Shown here in pieces: positions 48,429 through 60,858 of a DNA stretch of 64,000 bases (the stretch's first letter is position 1; every line of letters starts with the position of its first letter). The DNA comes from Haliotis rubra. Lineage: Eukaryota. Location of the stretch: contig NW_025766978.1 of assembly GCF_003918875.1 (NCBI RefSeq), positions 1,054,001-1,118,000 of the forward strand, read 5' to 3'. The position numbers and the translations under genes were made by a program. The notes under the pieces are model-generated. The model was not told the DNA's origin, ran no database searches, and worked only from the letters and a program-made list of their open reading frames with translations.

Positions 48429-49657
48429 CAGAGACCATATAATAGAGGGACGGCCCTCCCCAACAGTTTATCACTAACCATCAGCGCTACGGTCTGGCAT
48501 GTAACTGATACACATCGACACCCTGCTGCTAACTTCCCTCTACCGGTACACATGCGCAACAGAAGCGCAGACATTCGCAAATGAGCACTCTGGTAACCAC
48601 GTAAACAATATTGCGTAATATCCGGGCCGAGAGTAAATTCCCTTAGCGGGATTTCACCGGCTGCGTTTGACAGTTAAACATTACATGGACAGCTCCAATA
48701 AACTGATTACAATAATCTTAATTTTTATCTTATCTCTCATTTGCACATGTCAACTGACAACATCGCAGAAAAATGTATCATTCGCGAAATGCGTGTCGTC
48801 ATAAGCCTGGAATATTTGTTTCAACATTCAGCATGGCCATGGACGACTTAATTCATTCACTGGGATGATTCCGACCTTGGACCTCGATACTTTACTTGGA
48901 GAATTTACAGACTGCGACAGGACACAGAATATAAACCCAAAATACAAAAATCAAACTAACCCAGTCAGGTAAAGGCAGTTTTAACATTACAGTTGCAAAT
49001 ATCCCCGATGCTCGCTAAACGTATCATCACATGGCTAATCTCAAGATTTACTTGCAAGTATTCGTTGGCACAAAACGAGGGTGTGGTCGAAGCAAGCCCT
49101 CTAGTTGATTGGTTGATGTTTGTTAAGAAGACATTTACAACTCATTCTTTCTTTTGAGAAGCCATTGCTGGAAAAAGAATTCTTACATTTTAATTCAAGC
49201 TGTCGATGAAAGAAAAATTCCCGCGAATTTATAAAGAATGTGCAGATTTGCAAGCGTTGGCCAATCAGAGGACTTGCTTCGACCACACCCCTGTTGTGTG
49301 CGGACATATCGTCATCCATTTGTGTCAAGATCGTTTAGTTGAGAGTCAAAATCGGTTTTCAATCGACTTGCAGAAATAACAATAAGGAATTGGTAGGTGT
49401 CATGAGTGGTGCTCGATATGCCAATCATCCATGATTATGTTTACATTAAGTTTTAATCGATTGCATGCGATGGTAGCGTAGCGATCGGCAACGCAGTCGG
49501 GTAGGGTGCACCCTAAAAGTGTCCGGCCCAACGAAACACGATTTCACATTTTATCCAAGAGCGTTAATGTTTTTATAATGCCAGTTTGGGGCTAGCAGTG
49601 ATTATGATTTGGGCCGTACGGAGACATTTGTTTTGTTTTTCTATTATATGGTCTCTG
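48429..49657. mobile_element. Non-autonomous TIR element, P-element-like
   Basis: Perfect 18-bp TIR CAGAGACCATATAATAGA; flanks GTTCGAC (48422-48428) and GTTTGAC (49658-49664) form a 7-bp TSD with one mismatch. Confidence 0.75.
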
Positions 49658-50550
49658 GTTTGACTAAGCAGCACTTCCTGGCAGAAGTCCCCTTCGCTCT
49701 CGTGGTTGGATGAAATGGGGACAAGGGTCGTGAGCTGATGATGATATTTAGCAGCCTGACTGTGCCAGGATCACCTGTACCCTGTTTGATGTATGTATGA
49801 CTGGTATTATCATGTGGAGGTCAATACTGTTTGACTAGACCACACAGGTAGACGGCTGCTGTTCAATGAACACACTGACCCATACGTGATAATGTTTTAC
49901 AGTTTCTACTGAGTCTGGTGACGGATGTAACATCAACCTTTGCATGACCTGCTTGCAATCAGAGCAGCATTGTTCTTTTTTCTCTTGTACATTAATGTTG
50001 CGAAGCTGCTCCAGCCAGAAAATCTTTGCAGCTCTCCATCCTCCATGGACTGAAGGATATGATGGGTGTTGCTTCAGCGGGGGCACTTTTGAAGGAAACC
50101 AACGTCTCTCAGATAAAACAAATGATACACTCAATGTGACAGTTCGTGCATCACTGATCCTTTACTTTGATTGTTTGCAATTCTTCACTTTTTAATGATG
50201 TAAAGTTTCTTTCTTCAACGAACCCTGTAATATCAATCGATGGTAGTGCCAAGTGGAACTTGCAGGGAACAGAGAAACTTTCGTAATCTGTGTAATGTTA
50301 ATGGATGCCCACGTGCTCCATTATCAATCTAACTACAGCTCTGTTATTCCTAATCAATGATTGTAACCCCTCCCACGCCGCAATCTACCCTCCATATCAG
50401 CTCCCCAGATCGGGCCTTACGGGTCTTTGTCCCATCGCCCTTCTCCATGGGGTCAGGGGGCAGCTGCTATGACGTCACAATGACCGCCTGCATTGTGAGG
50501 CTCTCCACAGGGGTACCATTGTGCTTGTTATGACATGTTGATATATAGAA

Positions 50551-50715
50551 GTGAGTGAATGTAGGTGAGTCTAATTTTACGCCTTCTTAACAATATTCAA
50601 GAATATCACGGCGGGGGACACCAGAAATGGGCTTCACACATTTTAACCCATGTGCTGAATCGAACCCAGGAATTCTGCGTGGCAAGCGAACTTTTTACCA
50701 CGGGTCTGCCTCACA
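50551..50715 (-). mobile_element. SINE family B, diverged copy
   Basis: Homologous to 59968-60129. Confidence 0.75.
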
Positions 50716-50940
50716 GGGCTGCAGTCGGTGTGGCCAAGAATCGTGTTGGTGTCTGGAAGTGTGTGGTCAAGGTCTCCGGTTGGAATTCCGGAGCATACTA
50801 GACTTGCCCAATACGCCATATGCTTGTCGCAGCTGCCTACTTGTCCCATTTCTTCATAGGAATCGTAATGTTACGTGCGACTGTCGTAATGCTCTCTCTA
50901 TAACACAAAACATACGGTAATCGTAAATCACTTACGTTAA

Positions 50941-51068
50941 CCATTTGCGTAGAGCGATGTTCATGCTGTTGATGAGTGGATTGTCTGGTCCAGACTCGAT
51001 GATTTACAGATCCCCGCCATATAGCTGGAATATTGCTGAGTGTGACGTTAAATAACAAAACAACAAAA
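50941..51068 (+). mobile_element. SINE family A, 3' half
   Basis: GATTGTCTGGTCCAGACTCGAT...GCTGGAATATTGCTGAGTGTGACGTTAAA. Confidence 0.8.
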
Positions 51069-52108
51069 CTTACGTTAACATAGACATACATTGCCGTTCA
51101 TAGAGACTTAAAATGATCATAGGAGGCACGGATTAATGGTAACGCCAGCACATGAACGTAGACTTGAGATATATTAATATAGATATAAGGTAATCGTAAC
51201 TTACATTCATTGCATAGAGTGGTACGAGATCGTAACTCACATACCGTACGACAGATTTACGACAATCGTTATTCCCGATGTTGATATAAACTTCTGTATA
51301 ACAGATTCCCTATGGTAACACAGACTTTCGGTAATAGAGTTTTGTGGAACGATGCCTTGCAGTGTGAGAAGTGATCTTACTGATTCTTGTTCATGCTGTC
51401 GACCATTTATTTGCTCATACGTATTTACTGGATGCCGCTTAATAACTGCAACATCGCCACAGAAAACAATACACATTCACTGAACGTTTGGATGCTCCGG
51501 GAACACATGAATAATTACCCACACCAGTTTTTTTCCAGATTTGTAACCTAACACCGCTCTTCAATGTACATACACATTCATAGCTTCGTCCGTGTCTGGA
51601 GAGTCAATCACAGACGTCAGACCTGTCTCCTACATAAGATATTAAGTTGTCTGTCCGAGGTCAGATGTAACTCACGATTCGGAGACAAGAGGAGCAATGT
51701 ATAGATATGGATCCACCATTATGTATACGCGGGGATAACAAGCGAATATATCCTTGATGGTCCTTATCCTGTCTCACTTGTCGGTGGTTTATTAACATGC
51801 TGGTTAATATTGTGTTTGTCGCAAAAACATTCCTTTCTCATCAGTTACATGTACATACTTGAATCTTGGATGGACATAGTGCACAGGGTCATCATGGACA
51901 AAGCGTGACCTTTGGAGAACACGTTTGACGACAATATGAACGTCCCGGTGACGTGAACATCTTACGCCACTCTTGTATACCGCCTGAACATCGAACCGGG
52001 CAGGTGAACACAATAGCGTCCACAGTCCCACTGGATTAATGTAATGACGCCATTAAGGCAGCATGGATGAACATAACGACGTCATTAAGAGCGAGTGGAG
52101 GAAGATAT

Positions 52109-52180
52109 TGTGAGTGAGTGAGTTTAGTTTTACGCCGCTGGTAGCAATATTCCAGCAATATCACGGCGGGAGACACCAGA
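52109..52180 (-). mobile_element. SINE family B, 3' fragment
   Basis: (GAGT)n TTTAGTTTTACGCCGC...GCAATATTCCAGCAATATCACGGCGGGAGACACCAG. Confidence 0.8.
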
Positions 52181-52370
52181 CATGGGGAAGATATTGACTC
52201 CATGTAGAGCAAGTGTGGCTTCCTCATGGTAATTCAAAGAGAAATTCATCACTCAACGTTACTTGTAAACATCGAATGAAATTTTTAAAAAGACATGGCT
52301 GCGACTGTATCTTCTGTACACAAACCCACAGTCCACTTTTTCCTCCTGGCATGTCGCGACAAGCTGAGAA

Positions 52371-53944
52371 TCTCTCATTACACAGTATGACAGATGGATC
52401 TCATATTCTCTCATGAACCATATATTCTCTCATTACACAGTATGTCAGACAGACCATATATTCTATCATTACACAGTATGTCAGATGAACCATATATTCT
52501 CTCATTACACAGTATGTCAGACAGACCATATATTCTCTCATTACACAGTATGTCAGACAGACCATATATTCTCTCATTACACAGTATGTCAGACAGACCA
52601 TATATTCTCTCATTATACAGTATGTCAGATGGATCTCATATTCTCTCATTACACAGTATGTCAGATGGATCTCATATTCTATCATTACACAGTATGTCAG
52701 ATGGATCACATATTCTATCATTACACAGTATGTCAGACGGACCATATATTCTATCATTACACAGTATGTCAGACAGACCATATATTCTCTCATTACACAG
52801 TATGTCAGACAGACCATATATTCTCTCATTACACAGTATGTCAGACAGACCATATATTCTCTCATTACACAGTATGTCAGACAGACCATATATTCTATCA
52901 TTACACAGTACATATGTCAGACAGACCATATATTCTCTCATTACACAGTATGTCAGACAGACCATATATTCTCTCATTATACAGTATGTCAGATGGATCT
53001 CATATTCTCTCATTACACAGTATGTCAGATGGATCTCATATTCTATCATTACACAGTATGTCAGATGGATCACATATTCTATCATTACACAGTATGTCAG
53101 ATGGACCATATATTCTCTCATTACACAGTATGTCAGATGGATCACATATTCATCATTACACAGAATGTCAGATGGACCATATATTCTCTCATTACACAGT
53201 ATGTCAGATGGATCACATATTCTCTCATTATACAGAATGTCAGATGGACCATATATTCTCTCATTACACAGTATGTCAAATGGATCTCATATTCTATCAT
53301 TACACAGTATGTCAGACAGACCATATATTCTCTCATTACACAGAATGTCAGATGGACCATATATTCTCTCATTACACAGTATGTCAGATGGATCTCATAT
53401 TCTCTCATTACACAGAATGTCAGATGGACCATATATTCTCTCATTACACAGTATGTCAGATAGATCTCATATTCTATCATTACACAGTATGTCAGACAGA
53501 CCATATATTCTCTCATTACACAGAATGTCAAGTGGACCATATATTCTATCATTACACAGTATGTCAGATGGATCACATATTCTATCATTACACAGTATGT
53601 CAGATGGACCATATATTCTATCATTACACAGTATGTCAGATGGATCACATATTCTCTCATTACACAGAATGTCAGATGGACCATATATTCTCTCATTACA
53701 CAGTATGTCAAATGGATCTCATATTCTATTATTACACAGTATGTCAGACAGACCATATATTCTCTCATTACACAGAATGTCAGATGGACCATATATTCTC
53801 TCATTACACAGTATGTCAGACAGACCATATATTCTCTCATTACACAGTATGTCAGATGGATCTCATATTCTATCATTACACAGTATGTCAGACAGACCAT
53901 ATATTCTCTCATTGCACAGTATGTCAGATGGATCATATATTCTC
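52371..53944. repeat. 36-bp minisatellite, about 43 copies
   Basis: Unit TATTCTCTCATTACACAGTATGTCAGACAGACCATA, with ATGGATCTCA/ATGGACCATA variants. Confidence 0.97.
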
Positions 53945-55007
53945 GTGACAGACTGGATAAAGTCAGACGAACCAAGTGTCTTCTGGAGATCATTATAAAT
54001 GTTAGGTCGTGTCATGCTCTCCCCCCATCAAAACGTTAACAATATGTATAAACCATAAAATCTATAGTTCTTTCGAAGAAAAACATTCTGCCGGATCTCA
54101 TTGCACTTGGCAACAATGAGGCAATATTTTGTTCACATTAGGATCATGCAGATCACGCTTTGCTGAAATATTAAAATACTATGTTAACAAACGCTAATTA
54201 TGATTAATCAGTATTGTCCGTCAGGGAATGATAGTAATTTCACCCGAACGTTCCTTTTTGATACACTCTGTGAATCACGTTCTGTTTCTAATTAAAGCGA
54301 TTAAACTTATTTTTCAGTGTAAAAATCCATTAAAGAATTGACAGGGACAACCACAAAACGCATGATGTTAAAAAGTGCACTGTGCATCTAAATGAAACGC
54401 ACTATTGAAATATCTTCCATACTTTTTATATTTAAAAGAAGTCTGTTCCCGCATTTGGGCTACGACAGCGTGAAATCCAATATAGCTGGGCGTTGATTCC
54501 AACAAGAAAACTGATGTACTTTTTCGATTTTATTCAAAACTTTGAAACTCCTAAACATCAAATCAATATTAAAGTATGGGGTTGATTTGAATGTAGAAAC
54601 ATTTTAAAGAATAGGTTCGACATTAACACGCCTAATGTTAACAGCTGAGGAACCTTCCACTGTTTTTCACAGCGACATAAATCATTAATCGATTTGTTCA
54701 GATTTATCGCACTTAAAATTCCAATAAACTTTCATTTATGATATCGATTGGATTACATTTTTTTATACGTTTTTTACTAAGAAATCATCACATTTTCTTT
54801 TCTCCTCTTTATGAAATTCGATATTTGTTTCTAAGACGCCGGCAAACAGTTATAGATCAAGTTCACCCTTATTCCCTGTCTTAATTCATACTGAGTTTAA
54901 ACAGCTCGGGGCAAAATATTTATCCTTGTCTTACCCTTAAGATGAACTTGTCTCTTGGGCTAGCCACATTCAGTGTAGACTTGGGTTTGCTGTCGAGTGA
55001 CAGTGTT

Positions 55008-55138
55008 NNNNNNNNNNNNNNNNNNNNNNNNNNNNNNNNNNNNNNNNNNNNNNNNNNNNNNNNNNNNNNNNNNNNNNNNNNNNNNNNNNNNNNNNNNNNN
55101 NNNNNNNNNNNNNNNNNNNNNNNNNNNNNNNNNNNNNN
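55008..55138. other. Assembly gap (131 N)
   Basis: Run of N. Confidence 1.
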
Positions 55139-56160
55139 ATACATGGGTGCTTCCATTCCTGGGTTTTTTCAGAAACTGATGAAATAAATATATTATCGAA
55201 CATCATTGGTGACTTTTATATCTATTAAAGCAAACCGGCACGATGACAGAGTACCAGCATTGACTACAAGTACACTGTCATATAATACAGAATGAAAACA
55301 TAAGCAAATAAAGCTTATAGGTAAATATTGAAGAACATCCCATGTCCTACGGCGATGTTTCTGTACACAAATGCACTTTTAGGGTAATTAAAATCACATA
55401 AATAAATACGGTATTACGGTAATGCGGTATTGCGGTATTGCGGTATTGCGGTATTAAGACTGATTCTTGTGTGTCACTGCACAGCGCCAGACCGAGGAGA
55501 AGATGGCGAAGACAGACACCTACTTTCACTTTTAACGAGCACAAAAATAATGGCCATTTATGTAAAATTCCTGTGTCCGACCACCCCTGTGAGGCCTCGC
55601 GATACTTGCCTTGTTTCACCAATCAATGACGTCCAGGCATAAGCCTTGTCATGCCCGTTATAGATTTCCCATAATGGAAGTCATAAGTGTGTTGATAAAT
55701 ATTCATAGTATTTATGGTAATCAAGGCTGTTTTTCGTCGAATGTGGGAACTGAGAGACGCCCGGATTTGGGGAAATCTTGACGTTTTATTCACGTTTCTC
55801 GCCGTCTATCTTGACGAGAAGTCCAGCCAGACTGATGTACGCGTGTTCCCTATCTCCACTCAGGCAGATCACCCGGGGGTGAGGATTGGGATGGTAGGGG
55901 GGTGGGTACGGGGGTGCTAATCTGCAGGCCTTTCTGAATGTTCATATACAGCATGTGGGATGTGGTTTGTTAATTTGTCAAGTTTGAAAATGTTTTACCA
56001 GTGCATTAATGGAGCTTGGATTGACATTGCAATGACAGCAATGGTTGGCCACTTGCGGAAATGGTTAATGGGAACAGAGGACATGGCCCTGAAGAAAGGC
56101 GTCAGATTACTTAAGTTTCATCTGGTATATGAGGGTGACGTCGGGGAGTGGGAGGGTACG

Positions 56161-56535
56161 CACTCAGACACAGACAGTCAGACACACAGGCACTCAGACA
56201 CAGACAGCCAGACACACGGGCCCTCAGACACAGTCAGACACACAGGCACTCAGACACAGACAGCCAGACACACGGGCACTCAGACACAGTCAGACACACA
56301 GGCACTCAGACACAGACAGCCAGACACACGGGCACTCAGACACAGTCAGACACACGGGCACTCAGACACAGACAGACAGACACACGGGCACTCAGACACA
56401 GACAGTCAGACACACGGGCAATCAGACACAGACAGACAGACACACGGGCACTCAGACACAGACAGTCAGACACACGGGCAGTCAGACACAGGCGGTCAGA
56501 CACACGGGCAGTCAGACACAGACAGCCAGACAGAC
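56161..56535. repeat. Compound ACAG/AC-based minisatellite
   Basis: CACTCAGACACAGACAGTCAGACACACGGG units and shorter variants. Confidence 0.92.
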
Positions 56536-58301
56536 TGATGGAGTACGGCTGATGGATGGGTTGAGTTGACGATGATTACATGGTCATGGATAGACGAATA
56601 AATAAAAAGACAGATGGACAAGACGACAGACAAACAAATGAACAAATGGTGACGAAAGGAATAATGGCGAGATGTATGACTTGATTGACTTCAGGTCATG
56701 GCTGAAACATGCCTGTTTGATGACTGGACGTGTCATGGCCTCGCCACAGTTGGTTGGACAGATTAATGTGTTCTTGGGTGATAGGTAAATGGATGAATGG
56801 ATGGACGAATGGAAGAGTGAATGAGTTTAGTTGTACGCCACACTCAGCAAGAATGGAAGAATAGACGTTTGATACGAAGAGAATATTTCCTCGGTCACCA
56901 CTTCAAGATGTGCAATGTTCGTCAATAGACGAAGATGAACACAGCAAGAACACTTCTTGACAGGCACAGGTGAACAATTATTGTTTGTAAACCCCTCTGG
57001 GAAATGATCGCATGGAACTAAAGAACAATGACCTAGGCAGTTATGCTTCCTGCCGATGTGTTCTGTATGGAAATGTATCGTCATGTTGTTTTATCAGAAA
57101 GTTATATCTGAAAGCACAAGTCACGAAAAGCAGTTATTTAGCGAGCAAAACAAACCCTCGCGCCATTAAGAGTTATCAAGATTGCCCACCAGACTGTGGG
57201 GCTCCTGTCTTCCCAGCACCCAGGACGCACAGCCACCATCAGCAGAAGGGGACTCAGTATCGCTGGTTTATATTCTGTACATACTGACCACAAGAGAAAG
57301 TATACACCCATTTCTGATGGTGGCTAAACCTAAACCAAACAAGAGCTGGTTATTTGATTTAATGTACGGCTATCGTAGCTGGGCAAGCCACTAACTCACC
57401 CATCTATCAATTATCTTTACATCCATCTGTCCAGCAAGTTCATGCATGCATGCACACACACACGCACGCACTCACCCACTATCTCACTCACTCGAACATT
57501 CACACCTTCTCACACCCACTTCCACTCACTCTCCCATTCACAAACTCATTCATTGGAATGACATCATTCAACCAGTTACAGTTAATATGTGTCATCTAAT
57601 CCTTCTAATCCATCTAAACCTGTTTCTATTGGACGAAAAGGTGCTGTTTTGAACATATTGTTTCTTTGAAACTCATAAACATTTGTTTATAAATATCATT
57701 TGATTACGAAACAGATCAGAATGAATAATATTACGTCATCAGATATTTGGCTAAGACAACAACAATAAATCGCATATTATTCCTGATTAGATTCGGGGGA
57801 AATACACGCCATATCCTATTTTGTTTTAATATACCCCTTTAAATGTACCACAACAGAGACCAACAACAGATTTTACCTCCGCTTCGAGTCTTAGCTTGTC
57901 TGAAACCATGAATCCTTTCTCTGTGTTAGCGACGTTTGTTAACGGAGTTTGTTTGGTTATTTATTTGTTTGTTAAATCTGTTTCACTTTGAATTGTGAGA
58001 TAATTCCGGTAAAAGCAAACGTTTATATAACGATAAATCATGACATTATCAATTTCATAAACGATTTACATTAGATATGAATTACCAAACACAATATTGT
58101 ACACTTATAACATCATTAACTTTATCAAAATCTCCTAAAGTCTACACAAAATATGATGCTTTATTTGCCAAATATGCTGAAGGAAAATCAGGTCAATTGC
58201 TTATGCAAGCGTTTGACGTTCTAGATTTTTCTAGTGTGATGCAAGAATGGGAGAAAAGTACTTTATTAGAGTTAGCCCCCTTGTCTAACGTGACTTTCAA
58301 C

Positions 58302-58387
58302 ATGGCTGCCACAATGAGCATGTGTGTTCGTCAAGTGATGAAGATTCCTCATTTTTCACAATCTGTTTTGTTTCGAAGTCCTTCAAG
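58302..58387 (+). CDS. GRPEL1: Mitochondrial GrpE (mtHsp70 nucleotide-exchange factor), coding exon 1: targeting peptide
   Basis: CAACATGG start context; MAATMSMCVRQVMKIPHFSQSVLFRSPS(R) has no acidic residues; AAG|GTATGT donor in phase 2 joins exon 2 in frame. Confidence 0.75.
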
Positions 58388-58912
58388 GTATGTCATTCCA
58401 TTACATCAAGTTATTTTTAAAATATACAAGATTGTCTGTCTATATGTATTCATTCAACAATCAATACGAGGAATTATTCCGATGACATTCAGTGTTGTGC
58501 ATTTCAGAAAGTTCAGCAACTGTGCTCTCATTTAACAAACTTTCATAGACTGGAAGGAGGTCATGGAGGAAACTAATTCTAATTTGAACCAGTGCTCAAC
58601 AGTGATTCTAACAGTTAAGAGAAAAATATGTGTAACATTTATGTTCAACCAAATGACATTAAGAAGTTGGCCAGAGAGTGGAATTTTAGAATATGGCTCG
58701 CCTTTAAACATGTTAAACTGTGTTGTACTTAGTTCATGGTTGGGTAGCAATGGGTACCATTTCGAAACTTGGAATCAATTATTGGTAATCTAAACAATAT
58801 GTAAGTGATATTTATAGTGTATAAATGTCTGCTGTTTCCATTCAGTAACCCCTGGTCAATTTGTATTTCTATTCCACCACATGCAGGTCCATATGTGGTA
58901 TGTTTCAGTAAG

Positions 58913-59339
58913 GCTGAAGGGTGTCGTTGTCACTACAGGTACTACAGATATGTACCCCATGTACGTTTCTGTATACAGAAATGTAACCTAAACAAAGTCA
59001 AAATACAGAAAGGTACCCAGTACCCTAAACCGTAAACGACAGATGAGTCCACATTTCTCAATCTAAAACGGAAACCGTATGTAATTATTCCTGTTCGCCT
59101 GATCGCAAGTGGTATTGTGAAATGTTTGTTACTGTGTCTCCTTGTTTCTTATATAATGCAATCAAATGCATCCCTTACAACAGAATGACACTTGTGATCA
59201 AGAAAACGGCACAGTGCAGAATGGACGGGTCCTAGGATACTTTTTTGTATTCTGAATTTGGCTATGGTATGGTTCTGTATTCAGAAACGTACCTGGGGTA
59301 CATATCTGTTGTACCCGTGCTGACAACAACCCTTTTAGC
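58913..59339. mobile_element. Mutator-like MITE in GrpE intron 1
   Basis: Imperfect TIRs of at least 65 bp (GCTGAAGGG...TACAGAA / TTCTGTA...TTTTAGC); perfect 9-bp TSD TTCAGTAAG at 58904-58912 and 59340-59348. Confidence 0.85.
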
Positions 59340-59967
59340 TTCAGTAAGGTATATCTCAGCATGTCCACAAGTGCATTTGTCTGAGACTAAAAAATATCTA
59401 AATATGGATGAAATGTGGGTATCACTGATGTAACATTTAGGGCTGGCTATAGATATAGATCATACAGATCGATAATCGTTAACTAAATTTATATATCGAT
59501 CAATTATCGATAAATAACGGAGAAGTAACTTAGAGCAAAAATGCCAATAAGATCGGAAATATATTTCACATCATTGGTGAGTGGTGACATGTTTGTGTAT
59601 GGATTATCATTAAAGCGTTAAACCTCTTTCCACATCCGTGATAAATCCAACTGAAGGCAGAACCTATTGTACAATTCCAATTATATCTTCAGCTTTATGT
59701 TTACCTGAAAAAAAAAACATGGGAGTGTGTGGTACAAGTCAAAATAGGAATTGCTCTGGACATCAGTTTTGTCAGTGATGCATCAAAGTTGGAAACGTCT
59801 TTCACATGTCTTCCTTAAACCTTTTGAAAGCTGTCACCTTGATTGAATGACATGTGATAAGGTTCATCACCAACTGGGGAAAATTCTCCAAAAAGATGCA
59901 GATAGGGAGAGGATCTGAGACCCCTTGCATCAGTAGTTTTATAGGTACAGAAATGTATGGTATCTCA

Positions 59968-60129
59968 GGGCCGGTGAGGTAGCCTAGTGGTTAAAGTGTC
60001 CGCTCGTCACGCCGAAGACCCGGGTTCGAATCCCCACATGGGTACAATGTGTGAAGCCCATTTCAGGTGTTCCACGTCGTGATGTTGCTGGAAATATTGC
60101 TAATAGCGGCGTAAAACCAAACTCAGTCA
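59968..60129 (+). mobile_element. Full-length tRNA-derived SINE family B with TSD
   Basis: A box TAGCCTAGTGG, B box GGTTCGAATCC; 13-bp TSD GTATGGTATCTCA / GTATGATATCTCA at 59955-59967 and 60130-60142. Confidence 0.9.
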
Positions 60130-60379
60130 GTATGATATCTCATCTGCACTGGTATCGTCAGTTTGTTACTGTGGTTACTTCTAACTTATGTTTGAGTAAC
60201 TATACCATTCAGATTTAATGACAATTGTTAATGTCAGTATTTTAAACTAATAGTATTGCAATTTGCATGTTTGTGCAAACATTGACCCTACATCAGTAAG
60301 AGCTTCATTGCAACAGTTAAAAATGTCCTGTCCTGCTGCTTATTGCAGCTACTGAATCTTCCATTACTGATACCTGCAG

Positions 60380-60557
60380 ATGTTGTCGAGTCCGAATGAC
60401 AACGACCGCTACTGATGGTAAGCCATCAACAACAGCAGAGCAGAAGCCGACGGAGGAGAAGCCATCTGAGTCTGCCCCTGTAGAGGAAACATCGGCCGTG
60501 GAGAAACAGCTGGTGGAGGATAAGGCTAAACTGGAGGTGCAGGTGGCCGACTTCAAG
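60380..60557 (+). CDS. GRPEL1: Mitochondrial GrpE, coding exon 2
   Basis: CCTGCAG acceptor and AAG|GTACAG donor; ...EKQLVEDKAKLEVQVADFK resembles the start of the GRPEL coiled coil; phase 0 into exon 3. Confidence 0.88.
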
Positions 60558-60615
60558 GTACAGCTCTTGGTTACAATGGCGACCCAGCACTGTGTCAGTC
60601 GTGTAATGTAATAAG

Positions 60616-60858
60616 GACTAGTGAAGATCTGGTTAGAATTGATCTTCAGCAACCCTTGCTTGTTCTGAGAGGTGACTAATAGAATCAAATGGTCAGGTTC
60701 ACTGGTTGCTGCATGTTATTGTGTCCCTACTGCATACATCAACGCTCATGATGTCAATCACTGCATTGTCTGGTCCAGGCTTGATTACCTACAGACTGAC
60801 AAGTGACATTATATGGCTGGAACATTGCTGACTGGCATTTATGAACAAACAGACAAAC
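60616..60858 (+). mobile_element. SINE family A, diverged copy in GrpE intron 2
   Basis: GTGAAGATCTGGTTAGAATTGATCTTCAGCAACCCTTGCTTG...GCTGGAACATTGCTGA. Confidence 0.75.

Noticed and set aside
52394-53998. 500-aa ORFs on both strands
   Set aside because: Artefact of the 36-bp tandem repeat.
58077-58535. 152-aa ORF as an independent gene
   Set aside because: Only 58302-58387 splices in frame to GrpE; the rest is promoter or intron read-through.
59968-60040. tRNA gene (also 46633-46700)
   Set aside because: The tRNA-like head continues into a SINE body and tail, is bounded by a TSD and is multicopy in the window.
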